Of a DNA stretch of 64,000 nt, positions 1 through 9,910 are shown piece by piece. The notes under the pieces are model-generated. The model was not told where the DNA came from and ran no database searches. It saw nothing but the letters and a program-made list of their open reading frames with translations. Origin of the DNA: Candidatus Latescibacterota bacterium (GTDB lineage: Bacteria > Latescibacterota > UBA2968 > UBA8231); contig OZ242214.1 in the NCBI GenBank assembly GCA_965206595.1, forward strand, positions 2,592,001-2,656,000, in the 5' to 3' direction. Position 1 is the first letter of the stretch; every line of letters begins with the position of its first letter. The position numbers and the translations under genes were made by a program.

Positions 1-120
1 CGGGATCGTCCTAGAGCCCGGTCCGTTTCAGCCGGTGCTGTTTGGTTGGACATAGATTGCCCTGGGGTTGGACCGGACAGACAGAACCAGCCCCATACAG
101 CAAGGGATGCGCCGGACATT

Positions 121-1317
121 TCAGCTGCTCTCCCCCACTGCGCGGCGCAGTGGCCCCGCCAGGCTGCCGCGCTCCTCGACGATCACCCCTGTGAGCCCCA
201 ACCAGGCGGCCATCGACTCCAGTTGCACCGCAAGCTCGGAAACGACCCCGCCGGCTTCGTACCCCGCTTCCAGGTACGCACCCCGCGCGATGAGGGCGCC
301 GTGCGCACGGTCGGCCTTGAGGTCGACGCGACCCGCCAGCACATCCCCGATCAGGAACGCATAAACGTAGTAGCCGTACCGCCTCCTTGGCGCCGGAACG
401 TAGATCTCGATACGGTAGCGGAAGTCGAACAGGCGCTCGGTCCGGTCCCGGAACCAGATCAGCGAATCGAACGGGCTGAGCAGCGCACTGGCACGTACCT
501 GCCGTGGAGCCCGCGCATCGCGGTGCAGGTAGGCGGGCCGGCTCCAGCCTTCCACCCCCACCTCCACCAGTTCGCCTTCCTCCACCAGTTCCCGTACCCG
601 GGGCTGCGCCTGTGACGCGGGGATGCGGTAGTAGTCGGCAAGGTCGGCCAGGGTACCGACGCCGAGGGCGCGGCCGGCAAGACGCAGGAGCTCGCGCTGG
701 GCGTCGTCCCGCCCTGGAGCGGGCGCGGCCAGCAGATGCTGCGGAATCACCCGCTCGATCAGGTCGTAGACCCGCACGAAATTCCCCCGCCTTGCGGCCG
801 CCAGCCTGCCGGTCGCGAACAGCCACTCCAGGGCGAGCTTGCCGTCGCTGCGCCCCCACCAGGGCCGGTTGCGATTGCGGCCAGGATCTTCGAGGTCCGA
901 TACCGCCAGGGCCCCCCGCCCGGCGACCTCCCGGTAGATCGCCTCCACGTAGTCGCCGCGCTCCTGCGCGAAGGCATGCATCGCCCGGGACCGGACCTCC
1001 TCCATGCGGTGCCGGAGAAGCGGGAAATGCTCGACCGGAAGCAGCGACGCCTCATGGCCCCAACCCTCGAACAGCCTCCCCTTGCCGTACGCGTACCCGT
1101 CGAAGCGGTCCCGCGGGTACGGACCGAGCCGGGAGAACGCCGGCATGTAGTGGGTGCGCACCGCGACGTTGACGGAGTCGAGCTGCACGATATTGACACG
1201 GTCGAACAGCCGGTCGAAGGGGCGGCTGTCGACGCGTCCTGCCGGGGGCCGGTCGGCGTACCCCTGCGCCGCCAGCGCCATACCTCGAGCCTCCCTGTTG
1301 GACAGCTCAGTCTTCAT
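121..1317 (-). CDS. YcaQ/AlkZ-family winged-helix DNA glycosylase (crosslink repair)
   Basis: 398 aa; QLDSVNVAVRTHY, LLSPFDSLIWFRDR and FDFRYRIEIYVP...GRVDLKADR motifs typical of HTH_42/YcaQ. Confidence 0.85.
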   Translation of the reverse strand: MKTELSNREARGMALAAQGYADRPPAGRVDSRPFDRLFDRVNIVQLDSVNVAVRTHYMPAFSRLGPYPRDRFDGYAYGKGRLFEGWGHEASLLPVEHFPLLRHRMEEVRSRAMHAFAQERGDYVEAIYREVAGRGALAVSDLEDPGRNRNRPWWGRSDGKLALEWLFATGRLAAARRGNFVRVYDLIERVIPQHLLAAPAPGRDDAQRELLRLAGRALGVGTLADLADYYRIPASQAQPRVRELVEEGELVEVGVEGWSRPAYLHRDARAPRQVRASALLSPFDSLIWFRDRTERLFDFRYRIEIYVPAPRRRYGYYVYAFLIGDVLAGRVDLKADRAHGALIARGAYLEAGYEAGGVVSELAVQLESMAAWLGLTGVIVEERGSLAGPLRRAVGESS

Positions 1318-1601
1318 CGCGATGTCCCCCCACGGAAGCCCTACGAATTCCCGCCAACTGGAATTGCTGTTTTAATTGCATTTGAATCTGGATTCATTGC
1401 CGTCTTGACCGGGCCTTTGAAGCGGTGCGCGAGATCGTCGACCTGCCTGACCGCCGGGCTTCCCTGTTCGTGCGCCTCTGCATGCAGAACGGAGGGCGGC
1501 TTTCCGCCGCGAAACGGCAGCGTTCCCGAGCTGGACGACGCGGAAGTGGCGGCGATAACCCCATTCCGGCGCCCGAAAGGTGCCGTCGATGAAAGCAATC
1601 C

Positions 1602-2051
1602 ATGTCGATAACGATCTACAGTGACGGCGCCTGCTCGGGAAACCCGGGTCCGGGCGGCTGGGCGGCGCGCCTGAAGTACGCCGACGGCCGCGTCCGCGAG
1701 CTCGCCGGAGCCGAGCCGGACACCACCAACAACCGCATGGAGCTGCAGGCCGCCATCGAGGGGCTGAGGTTCGTCGGCCGCGGCGAACCGGTCACCATGG
1801 TGACCGACAGCGAGTACCTGCTGAAGGGGATCACCCGGTGGATTCACGGCTGGAAGAAGAAGCAGTGGAAGACCGCGGCCCGGAAGCCGGTGCTGAACCA
1901 GGACCTGTGGAGGGCCCTCGACGAGCTCAACAGCAATAGCGTGAAGTGGGAGTACACCCGCGGCCACGCCGGCGACCCGGACAACGAGCGCTGCGACGAC
2001 CTCGCCCAGGCCTTTTCCCGCGGCGGTCAGCCGCCGCTTGAGGGCGGCTGA
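1602..2051 (+). CDS. rnhA: Ribonuclease HI
   Basis: YSDGACSGNPGPGG, TTNNRMEL, TDSEY, GHAGDPDNERCD. Confidence 0.97.
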   Translation: MSITIYSDGACSGNPGPGGWAARLKYADGRVRELAGAEPDTTNNRMELQAAIEGLRFVGRGEPVTMVTDSEYLLKGITRWIHGWKKKQWKTAARKPVLNQDLWRALDELNSNSVKWEYTRGHAGDPDNERCDDLAQAFSRGGQPPLEGG

Positions 2052-2061
2052 CCGCCGCGGG

Positions 2062-2838
2062 TCAGACCCACCGCCACAGCCAGTACGCGGCGTAGCCGAC
2101 GTACTCCTTGACCGCCCGCGTCGAGTAGCGCAGCCAGCGCGCATCCGGAACCAGGCGCAGCAGCGACCACTTCTTCGGCACCACCGCGATATCGGTCGGG
2201 GCCGCAACCACGGACAACCCCTGGCGGGTGAAGGCCGCGGCCGCCCGGCGCATGTGCGACGCCGAGGTGACCAGGAGGATGCGGCCGGCCTCGATGCCGC
2301 GCAGCAGCTCGGCGCAGGCGATGGCGTTCTCCCGCGTCGTTCGCGAAGAGGTGTCGAGCAGCACCGTCTCCTCGGGCACGCCGTACTCCAGCGCCAGCCG
2401 CTTCATCTGCTCCGCTTCGCTCATGGCGCTGCCGCCGATGCGGCCCCCGCTGAGCAGGATCACCGGGGCCTTGCCGGCCCGCAGCAGGCGCATGCCGTGC
2501 AGCAGGCGGTCGAATCCCTCCTCGACGTGGACGGAGACCCGCGGTGCCGCCGGAGAAGACGTGACTCCACCCAGCACCACGATGGCGTCGGCCTCGGGGT
2601 GCGCCTCCGGCTCCAGGGGCGGGAAGTCATCCTCCAGGGATCCGAGGAGCCTGCCTGCGACAATCGGAGTGCCGAAAAGAAGCAGCAGCAGGATCCCCGC
2701 CGCGGCGCAGGACCCGGCCAGCTTCGTGCGCCGGCGCACCAGGAACCAGAGCGCGGCGAGCCAGAGGGCCGTGGAGATGCCGAGAGGGCTGAGAAGGGGG
2801 GTGAACAGCTGCGACAGGAAGATGTACATCGGCCCCAA
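2062..2838 (-). CDS. YdcF/ElyC (DUF218) family membrane-anchored protein
   Basis: N-terminal TM segments, IVVLGG, SRTTRENA, LVTSASHMRRA, KEYVG. Confidence 0.88.
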   Translation of the reverse strand: MGPMYIFLSQLFTPLLSPLGISTALWLAALWFLVRRRTKLAGSCAAAGILLLLLFGTPIVAGRLLGSLEDDFPPLEPEAHPEADAIVVLGGVTSSPAAPRVSVHVEEGFDRLLHGMRLLRAGKAPVILLSGGRIGGSAMSEAEQMKRLALEYGVPEETVLLDTSSRTTRENAIACAELLRGIEAGRILLVTSASHMRRAAAAFTRQGLSVVAAPTDIAVVPKKWSLLRLVPDARWLRYSTRAVKEYVGYAAYWLWRWV

Positions 2839-3111
2839 TATAACCCGGTGAAAACCGCGTCGCGCAGGGGCCGCGGGCGGCGTGAAGGCCGGGCTCCCCA
2901 GTCCCGGGGACCACCCGCGCCGTCAGGTGTGCCGGGACAGCATCACCCTGCTGCGCACATAAGTCCGAGTTAGAAACGAGGCCGAGGGAACCAGGTCCTT
3001 TTTCGATGCGGCCGGCTCGCCGGGCGCCTGAACGAGCCGTGCGGAGTGAATACGGCAGCGGTTTTTCAGGCCGGATAGTCCGGACCTTCGAATCCGGGGT
3101 CGCCGCCGGAC

Positions 3112-3840
3112 CTACTCCCAGGTCTTTCCCCCGTCCGTCGATATCTTGCTGCGCGCCTTCCATTTGTCGACATCGTCCTCCGCGTCGATATCCGCCCGTT
3201 TCATCACCGCGACCTCGACGCCGACCTCGCCGCTGCCGTCGGGCCGGTTGGTTTCGATGCGCACGCTCTTGAACTCGAGGTCCGCATCCCCGAGCCCGCG
3301 GACGACCTTGCGCTGAACGCGCATCTGCCGGACTTCGAGCGCTTCCCGGCTGATGCCGGTCACCTTGAAACGGACAACGAGCTGCCCGAGGTCGTGGTCG
3401 AGGCTGATGCCGTAGAAGTCTCCGAACTCCGGATCGATGATCCTGGAGGCCTCGGCCGTATGGCGATGCAGTGTCGCCCGCGCCGGCCGCCGGACCGCGG
3501 GCTCGCGAGGCCCCTTCTCTTCCTTGCCGCCGGTTTCCCGAGGCCGCTCGAACGCCTCCTCACCCGGCTCGAACCCCCGCAGCGACGGCCCCCATATCCA
3601 CCCTTCGACGTTGATCCGCACCCATTTCCCCTCCTGCTCGAGCTCCTCGACCTCGACCCCCTTGACGAGCGTCCCGATCTGCTCCCCGTTGGGGCTCGAG
3701 CGGATGTTCTCCACCGGTTTTTCGACCTCGAGCCGGCGCGACCCTAGCAGGTCCTCCACCCCGATCGCGAGGGTCGCCCCGGCAACCGGGACGACGAGGA
3801 GAGCGCGGTAGAGGTTGGCCGTCAGTCTTCTGCGTTTCAT
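3112..3840 (-). CDS. Secreted/anchored protein with SH3b-like domain
   Basis: Likely start MKRRRL (ATG 3840); hydrophobic anchor, then NIRSSPNGEQIGTL...WVRINVEGWIW. Confidence 0.6.
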   Translation of the reverse strand: MKRRRLTANLYRALLVVPVAGATLAIGVEDLLGSRRLEVEKPVENIRSSPNGEQIGTLVKGVEVEELEQEGKWVRINVEGWIWGPSLRGFEPGEEAFERPRETGGKEEKGPREPAVRRPARATLHRHTAEASRIIDPEFGDFYGISLDHDLGQLVVRFKVTGISREALEVRQMRVQRKVVRGLGDADLEFKSVRIETNRPDGSGEVGVEVAVMKRADIDAEDDVDKWKARSKISTDGGKTWE

Positions 3841-4030
3841 TTCGTGAACCCCCTGTGCTGCCCTGAGTTGTCTGGCTTTGCGTTGCGGCACGGCCCCCAC
3901 AAGAGACCGTTCCGGTAGGTATCGGGGTGATGCCGCCCTGTCAAGCTGTGCGGATTCTGCGGGCTTTCCCGAATTATGAGGTGCGGCTCCGATGCCGCCC
4001 GTGCCTTCCTTCGCGGAACCCTCGGAACCC

Positions 4031-4180
4031 TCACTGGCCCTGGGTGACCCGTTCGGCGAAATCAGTGGCGTAGTAGAAGAGGAAGGTCACCACCGCGGCG
4101 ATGGCGACGGCAAGGCCGACCACCAGCCAGGCTTCGTTCCTGGGGGGTCGCGGAGGCGGCCGGTTTTCAAGACCGAACAT
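4031..4180 (-). CDS. Small single-TM protein (49 aa), absent from the ORF track
   Basis: Hand translation MFGLENRPPPRPPRNEAWLVVGLAVAIAAVVTFLFYYATDFAERVTQGQ*; GC3-rich codons; purine-rich upstream sequence. Confidence 0.55.
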   Translation of the reverse strand: MFGLENRPPPRPPRNEAWLVVGLAVAIAAVVTFLFYYATDFAERVTQGQ

Positions 4181-4295
4181 GGGTGCGGCTCTCTTCGACG
4201 GTTGTCACCGCGCAAGTGAACGGTTGGCGGAAGTGCCATTCGAAAGGTCGCTTTCGGCAAGAGGCCGGGCAATGGACCGCCGCCCCCGAGGTCGA

Positions 4296-4324
4296 TTGAC
4301 ACTGCCGGAACCCGCCGTTACCGT
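4296..4324 (+). promoter_or_regulatory. Sigma70-type promoter
   Basis: TTGACA-N17-TACCGT upstream of ORF 4363. Confidence 0.5.
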
Positions 4325-4362
4325 CACGCCGACCGGCCCCCTGAACGGCGTCGAGCCGACCA

Positions 4363-5106
4363 TTGCCCCCCATGCTCTCCTTCAACCGCCTTGCCGCTAT
4401 CCTCCCCGTAGCGGTTGCCGCCTCCGTCCTCATCCCCTGGACCGCCGACGACTTCGACAGAAACGCCGCTCTCGACATCGAGCTGGTGCGCTCCGGGAAG
4501 GTCGAGTACCGGGGAATCGAGGCCAGCTTCGAGGAGCTGTCGCGGGCTTACGCGCTTACGGTCTTTTCCGCAGCGGAGTTCCTCGGCTGGGCGGCGGTCC
4601 CCAACCCGACCCATCCCGAGGCGGAGGCCCTGGTCACCTGCCGCTTCCGCGTCGCCGCAGTGGCCCCCCGTCCTGCCGCTGCCGGCGCGCTCGCCGAGGA
4701 GGCGCGGCAGCGCTCGGTCCCCTCCCTCGAGGTCACCTGGTGTCTCAACACCCTCGCCGGCATCGGGATCACAGCGCACGACGCTGTTTCGCGCGACGCC
4801 GTCGCCACCTTCCGCGGCACTGTCGACGACTTCCTCGACCGCCTCGTTCTCGTCGCGGAAGGGAGCGCCTGCCGGCGCCGGGGCCCGGGGGCCGGCCACG
4901 CCGTCGTCGACACCCTGGAGGCCGGAACCGCGCTCGTGCGCGAGGAGGAAGCGGGGGAATGGACGCGGGTGCGGCCGGCCGGCTCCAGCGTGCACGGAGC
5001 CGCAGCGGAGGGAAGCGGCTGGCTGCGCAGCGACCGGCTGGTGCGGGTGTCGGAGATCGATCGAGAGGTCCCCCGGAACCAGGGGAATCCACCCCGGAAG
5101 GAGTAG
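4363..5106 (+). CDS. Exported hypothetical protein with C-terminal SH3b-like domain
   Basis: Signal-like N-terminus; RRRGPGAGHAVVDTLEAG...WTRV...GWLRSDRL. Confidence 0.55.
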   Translation: MPPMLSFNRLAAILPVAVAASVLIPWTADDFDRNAALDIELVRSGKVEYRGIEASFEELSRAYALTVFSAAEFLGWAAVPNPTHPEAEALVTCRFRVAAVAPRPAAAGALAEEARQRSVPSLEVTWCLNTLAGIGITAHDAVSRDAVATFRGTVDDFLDRLVLVAEGSACRRRGPGAGHAVVDTLEAGTALVREEEAGEWTRVRPAGSSVHGAAAEGSGWLRSDRLVRVSEIDREVPRNQGNPPRKE

Positions 5107-5123
5107 TGGCGGGCAAGAACGGC

Positions 5124-5153
5124 TTGACGAACTGGTTTCTGGGCCTTTACTCT
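5124..5153 (+). promoter_or_regulatory. Putative promoter of the B12 operon
   Basis: TTGACG-N18-TACTCT just upstream of the riboswitch. Confidence 0.4.
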
Positions 5154-5197
5154 GTCGAGTGGCCTGTTGCGGCAGGCCGTGCTTTGTAAAACAACCA

Positions 5198-5392
5198 TAT
5201 CGGCGCAGGTGTCCGCTGCCGACGGCAGCGGAAGAATAGGGAAGGCAGTGCAAATCTGCCGCGGTCCCGCCACTGTGACCGGTAGAACGGCCCTCGGGCC
5301 GAAGCGTCCCGGCGACAGCCACTGATCCCACCTGCGGATTGGGAAGGAGCCGGACGGCGTCCTACCGGAAGTCAGGAGACCTGCCTGCGACC
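5198..5392 (+). ncRNA. Cobalamin (AdoCbl) riboswitch
   Basis: AGGT...AATAGGGAA, CCCGCCACTGT, AGCCACTG, GGGAAGG and B12-box AGTCAGGAGACCTGCC, upstream of a btuB-like gene. Confidence 0.95.
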
Positions 5393-5430
5393 GAGGTGAA
5401 CGGAACCCTTCGGCAGAAAGGTGGTTACCG

Positions 5431-7716
5431 GTGCGCGGCACCCGCCTCCAGACCCGCTCTCGAACGAGGGCGGGTTTTTTCATCTCCCCCTCCCTCCTCC
5501 TGTTGGGCCTCCTGCCCGCCCTGCATCCCGGGGTTGCATCGGCCGAGGTCCTGCAGGGAAGACTGATCGACCAGGCCACCGAAGCCCCCATCACCGGGGC
5601 CGTGCTGACCCTGAGCGCCCCGTCCTCCGGGAAGGTCCATTCCGCCCGCAGCGACACCTCCGGCTCCTTCCGCCTCGAGAACCTCTCTCCGGGAACCTGG
5701 GATCTGCGCCTGGAGCGGCTGGGGTACCGGCCTCTGCGGCTCCCCCTCCGGATCGGCGCCGGCCCCACCTCGGTCGAGTGGCGCCTGGAGCCCCTCCCCC
5801 TGCTCGTGGACGAACTGATCGTCCGCGCCCGCCGCCATCCCGGGGAAGAGCATGTCGCCGCCTTTGTCGAGACCATCCCCCTCGACGGCCCCCGGCCCCC
5901 GGGAGCGGACCTGGCACGTACCCTCGACCGCGCCGCCGGCGTCAACGTGCGCCGCTACGGCGGGCTCGGAAGCTTCAGCACCCTTTCCATCCGCGGCTCC
6001 ACCGCCGAGCAGGTTCAGGTCTTCCTCGACGGGATTCCCCTGAACCACGCCGTGGGCGGGGGGGTCGATCTGGGGGGACTGCCCGTTGGCGGCCTCGCCA
6101 GCGTCGAGATCTACCGCGGGGCGGTGCCGCAGCGCTTCGGCGGCAACAGCCTCGGCGGGGTGGTCCACCTGCGCACGCTCCCGCTCGGGAGCAGCCACCG
6201 CACCCTCCTGCATACCGCCAGCGGCTCCTACGGCACCCGCAAGCTGGGAGCCTCCATCGGCGGGCCCTGGAAAGATTGGGAGTACCTGGGGCTCGTCGAT
6301 TTCCGTGCCAGCCGCAACGATTTCCGCTTCCGGGACGACAACGGCACCGAGTACAACGACGGCGACGACGGCTGGGCGCGGCGGCTCAACAGCGATTTCC
6401 GCGGCCTGCGCGGACTCGCCAAGATCGGGCGCCCCCTCGGCGCCGGCCGCCTGCAGGTCCACAACACCTTCGACCTGAGCCGCAAAGGCATCCCCGGGAT
6501 CGGGAACAACCAGTCCCTGCACACCCGCTTCGGCACCTGGCGCCATATCGTCGAAGCCGCGCTCTTCGGCCCGCTGTCACGCGGACGCGCCGGGTACCGG
6601 CTGAAGGCCCACCACTTCTGGTCCCAGGAGGAGTACAGGGACCTGCGCGGCGAAGTCGGCCTCGGCCGCCAGAACGACCGCAACACGACCGGGAGCCTGG
6701 GCATTCGCGGCGAAGTCAACGCCCTGATTCCCCACCGGTCCCTGGTCACCGCATTCGTCGCCGCCCGGCGCGAGACCTTTGTCCCCGACGACCTGCTGCG
6801 GCCGCACAGCCGGCTCCTGCGCAGCCGCCGCCGGGCCCTGGTTGCCGGCACCGAGGTGGAGATGCCGTTGGGGCAGCGCCTCACCCTCAATGCGGGCACC
6901 CAGGCCGAAGGGCTCGACGACCGCTTTTTCGACCGCAAGAACTTCGCTCCCAGCGCCGTGTTGCCGAGCCGGAACAACCGCGAAATCCTCTGGGGCTACC
7001 GCATGGGGGCGACCCTGGACCTGGGAGCCGGCCTCGCCCTCAAGGCCCACGAGGGCCGCTATCGGCGCGCCCCCAACTTCTTCGAGCTCTTCGGCGACCG
7101 TGGCGGGGTGATCGGCAATACCGACCTCGTCAGCGAACAGGGGCACAACCGCGATCTGGGCCTGGTTTTCCGCAAGCCCGCCGAAGGGCGCGGGCTGGTC
7201 CTGGCCGAGGCCGTGTACTACCGCAACCGCGTCGAAGACCTCATTCGCTTCATGCAGAACTCGCAGAGGGTGTCGCGGCCCCACAACCTGGGAGGCGCCT
7301 TGTTGCAGGGAGTGGAAACCCGGGCCGAGGCCCGCTTGTTGCCGGCCTTGGAGATGCGCGGCAGCTACGTGTACCAGCGCGCCGAAAACCGCACCCCGTT
7401 CTCTTTCGAAGAGGGCAACGATCTGCCCAACGCCCCCCGCCATCGGTTCGATACGCGCATCTCCCTCGACCTGTATGACACGGAGATATACGGCGAATTC
7501 AGCCGCGAAAGCCGGCACTTCCTCGACCGCGCCAACCTGCGCGCCGTGCCGGTTCGCGCCCTGTTCAGCCTCGGCGGCACGGTGCCGCTGGGCGGGGGCC
7601 TCGTCCTTTCCTGGGAGCTGCGCAACCTGACCGGCAACCGGGTTGCGGACCTGTGGGGATACCCGCTTCCCGGGCGCTCCTACGGGTTTTCGGTGCAGTA
7701 CGCCGGCCATCCGTAA
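5431..7716 (+). CDS. TonB-dependent receptor, BtuB-like, with N-terminal carboxypeptidase-regulatory-like domain
   Basis: Plug SIRGSTAEQVQVFLDGIPLN; C-terminal NLTG...YPLPGRSY; downstream of the B12 riboswitch. Confidence 0.9.
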   Translation: MRGTRLQTRSRTRAGFFISPSLLLLGLLPALHPGVASAEVLQGRLIDQATEAPITGAVLTLSAPSSGKVHSARSDTSGSFRLENLSPGTWDLRLERLGYRPLRLPLRIGAGPTSVEWRLEPLPLLVDELIVRARRHPGEEHVAAFVETIPLDGPRPPGADLARTLDRAAGVNVRRYGGLGSFSTLSIRGSTAEQVQVFLDGIPLNHAVGGGVDLGGLPVGGLASVEIYRGAVPQRFGGNSLGGVVHLRTLPLGSSHRTLLHTASGSYGTRKLGASIGGPWKDWEYLGLVDFRASRNDFRFRDDNGTEYNDGDDGWARRLNSDFRGLRGLAKIGRPLGAGRLQVHNTFDLSRKGIPGIGNNQSLHTRFGTWRHIVEAALFGPLSRGRAGYRLKAHHFWSQEEYRDLRGEVGLGRQNDRNTTGSLGIRGEVNALIPHRSLVTAFVAARRETFVPDDLLRPHSRLLRSRRRALVAGTEVEMPLGQRLTLNAGTQAEGLDDRFFDRKNFAPSAVLPSRNNREILWGYRMGATLDLGAGLALKAHEGRYRRAPNFFELFGDRGGVIGNTDLVSEQGHNRDLGLVFRKPAEGRGLVLAEAVYYRNRVEDLIRFMQNSQRVSRPHNLGGALLQGVETRAEARLLPALEMRGSYVYQRAENRTPFSFEEGNDLPNAPRHRFDTRISLDLYDTEIYGEFSRESRHFLDRANLRAVPVRALFSLGGTVPLGGGLVLSWELRNLTGNRVADLWGYPLPGRSYGFSVQYAGHP
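5452..5480 (+). terminator. Intrinsic terminator, likely the riboswitch expression platform
   Basis: ACCCGCTCTC-GAAC-GAGGGCGGGT stem-loop followed by TTTTT. Confidence 0.65.
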
Positions 7717-7866
7717 ACCAGGGATGGGCGCCATGGTGCCTGCCTACGCCCTTCTGCGGGAATCCGGGCATCCGCGTCCTCGTTTTCATACCTGGGCTTT
7801 CCCGTGAAAGACCACGCTCCCTCACGCCAACCAGCCACACGACCTTTTCCAAGAGGAGGATTTTTC

Positions 7867-9285
7867 GTGCACCGCATTTTCATTCCCCCCGCTTCAGCCG
7901 CCGCACTCCTGCTTCTCGCTGGGGCTTCGTCAGGGCAGAGCGGGCTATTCGTCATCACCACGGACTATTCCACCGGCAGCACCGCCTTTCTCGCAGCGAA
8001 TGCAGGGGAAGCCGAGGTGAACCTGTTGGGCATCCACTCCGACGCAGTCGGGCATTACCACGACGGCCGCGTCTATGTCGTCAACCGCCTTGGACAGGAC
8101 AATATCCTGGTGCTGGACGAGATGGATCTGCGCACTCCGCTGGCCCAGTTCTCGGTGGGCAACGGCGCCAATCCGCACGACATCGAAATCGTCGCACCCG
8201 GAAAGGCGTACGTATCGCTCTACGACAGGGCCTCCCTGCTGATCGTCGATCCCCGGGACGGCGCGGAACTGGGCCAAATCGATCTGAGCGCTTTCGCCGA
8301 CGCGGATGGCCTGCCCGAGGTGTCGCAGATCGTCCGCACAGGGGAGCGGCTCTACCTGAGCTGCCAGCGCCTCGACCGCGACAACGGCTGGGGACCGGCC
8401 GGCGTCAGCTACCTGATCGTCGTCGACCTGGCCAGTGACACCCTCGTCGACGTGGACCCGGATACCGGCGGGGTGCAAGGCATCCCCCTGATCGCTGCCA
8501 ATCCCACCAGCATGGCCGTAGTCGGCGAGCGCATCGCCGTGGGGGTACTGGTCAATTTCGGAGACCGGTACGGCGGAGTGGAAGTCGTCGATACGGTGAC
8601 CAACCGCAGCCTCGGGCTCGCCGTCGGCGAGGAGGATCTGGGGGGCGACATCACCTCCATGGTGATGGTCGACCAGAACCGGGGCTATGCGGTGGTCGCC
8701 GACGAGAATTTCGCCAACAGCGTGCGGCCCTTCGACCTGTCGAGCGGCAGCGTCGGCGCGCCCCTGGAAAACATCAGCGGCGGGTTCATCCCCAGTCTGG
8801 CCGTGGATGGCGACCGCCTGATCGTCGCCGACCGGGGCAGCTTCTCCGACCCGGCCAGCCCCGGGCTCAAGTTCTACGACGCGGCCACCGATGCCTTCCT
8901 GCGCGGCCCCGTCGACACCGGCCTGCCGCCGTCGAGCATCGTGGTCCTGAGCGATGCCGCGGTCCCCACGTCCGTGGAGGAGACCGCCGACAGCGGCCTG
9001 CCGCAGGCATTCGCCCTCGAGCCGGCCTGGCCCAATCCCTTCAACGCCTCGGTGCAGATTCCCTTCGTGGTGCGGGAGGACAACACCCTTGTCGAATTGA
9101 CCGTGCACGACGTCCTCGGCCGCACCGTCCGCACCCTGACCTCCGGCCCGGTGGCCGCAGGGCGTCACGTCGTCCACTGGGACGGCCGCGACGCCGCGGG
9201 CAAGCCGGTGGGCAACGGCGCGTACCTGCTGCAGTTGCGCGCTGGAGGTCAGCAGGCTGCAGGCAAGGTGATGTTGCTGAAATAA
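7867..9285 (+). CDS. Secreted YncE-like beta-propeller with FlgD/T9SS-like C-terminal domain (BtuG-like candidate)
   Basis: GTG 7867 after GGAGG; YVVNRLGQDNI, NPHDI, KAYVS; C-terminal AWPNPFN...GRTVRTL...WDGRDAAG...KVMLLK. Confidence 0.75.
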   Translation: MHRIFIPPASAAALLLLAGASSGQSGLFVITTDYSTGSTAFLAANAGEAEVNLLGIHSDAVGHYHDGRVYVVNRLGQDNILVLDEMDLRTPLAQFSVGNGANPHDIEIVAPGKAYVSLYDRASLLIVDPRDGAELGQIDLSAFADADGLPEVSQIVRTGERLYLSCQRLDRDNGWGPAGVSYLIVVDLASDTLVDVDPDTGGVQGIPLIAANPTSMAVVGERIAVGVLVNFGDRYGGVEVVDTVTNRSLGLAVGEEDLGGDITSMVMVDQNRGYAVVADENFANSVRPFDLSSGSVGAPLENISGGFIPSLAVDGDRLIVADRGSFSDPASPGLKFYDAATDAFLRGPVDTGLPPSSIVVLSDAAVPTSVEETADSGLPQAFALEPAWPNPFNASVQIPFVVREDNTLVELTVHDVLGRTVRTLTSGPVAAGRHVVHWDGRDAAGKPVGNGAYLLQLRAGGQQAAGKVMLLK

Positions 9286-9300
9286 GAGGAGAGCAACAGC

Positions 9301-9867
9301 ATGGTTACCCTTTCCAGGCTGTACACCCGGACGGGAGACGGCGGCATGACGCGGCTGGGCGACATGTCGCAGGTCCCCAAGACCAGCCCCCGCATCGCCG
9401 CGTACGGGTGCGTGGACGAACTGAACTCGGTGATCGGGCTTGCCCGGGCAAGCTGCGCCGGGCACGACGACGTCCTCGCGCGGGTGCAGAACGATCTCTT
9501 CGACCTGGGAGCCGACCTGTGCGTCCCGCAGGCGGACGGCGAGGAAGAGCGCCTGCGCGTGCAGCCGCAGCAAGTCCTGTTTCTCGAACAGCAGATCGAC
9601 CAGCTCACGCGAGACCTGGCCCCCTTGCGCAGCTTCGTCCTGCCCGGGGGACGGCTCCCCGCCGCCTGGCTCCACCTGGCGCGTACGGTCTGCCGGCACG
9701 CCGAGCGTGCGACTTGGCACCTCGCGGAGAAGGAGCAGGTCGGCGAGCAGGTCCTGCAGTATCTCAACCGGCTTTCCGACCTGCTCTTCGCCATGGCCCG
9801 GGCGGCCAACGACGGCGGCGAGGCGGATGTGTTGTGGCAGCCGGGGAAGGGCGCCGCCGATGAGTAA
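9301..9867 (+). CDS. pduO: ATP:cob(I)alamin adenosyltransferase, PduO type
   Basis: YTRTGDGG, AYGCVDELNS, FVLPGG, ARTVCRHAER, YLNRLSDLLF. Confidence 0.93.
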   Translation: MVTLSRLYTRTGDGGMTRLGDMSQVPKTSPRIAAYGCVDELNSVIGLARASCAGHDDVLARVQNDLFDLGADLCVPQADGEEERLRVQPQQVLFLEQQIDQLTRDLAPLRSFVLPGGRLPAAWLHLARTVCRHAERATWHLAEKEQVGEQVLQYLNRLSDLLFAMARAANDGGEADVLWQPGKGAADE

Positions 9868-9910
9868 GTGGACAGGGCCCCCGCATCCTGGTGGTGTGCG
9901 GAGGCGTTTG

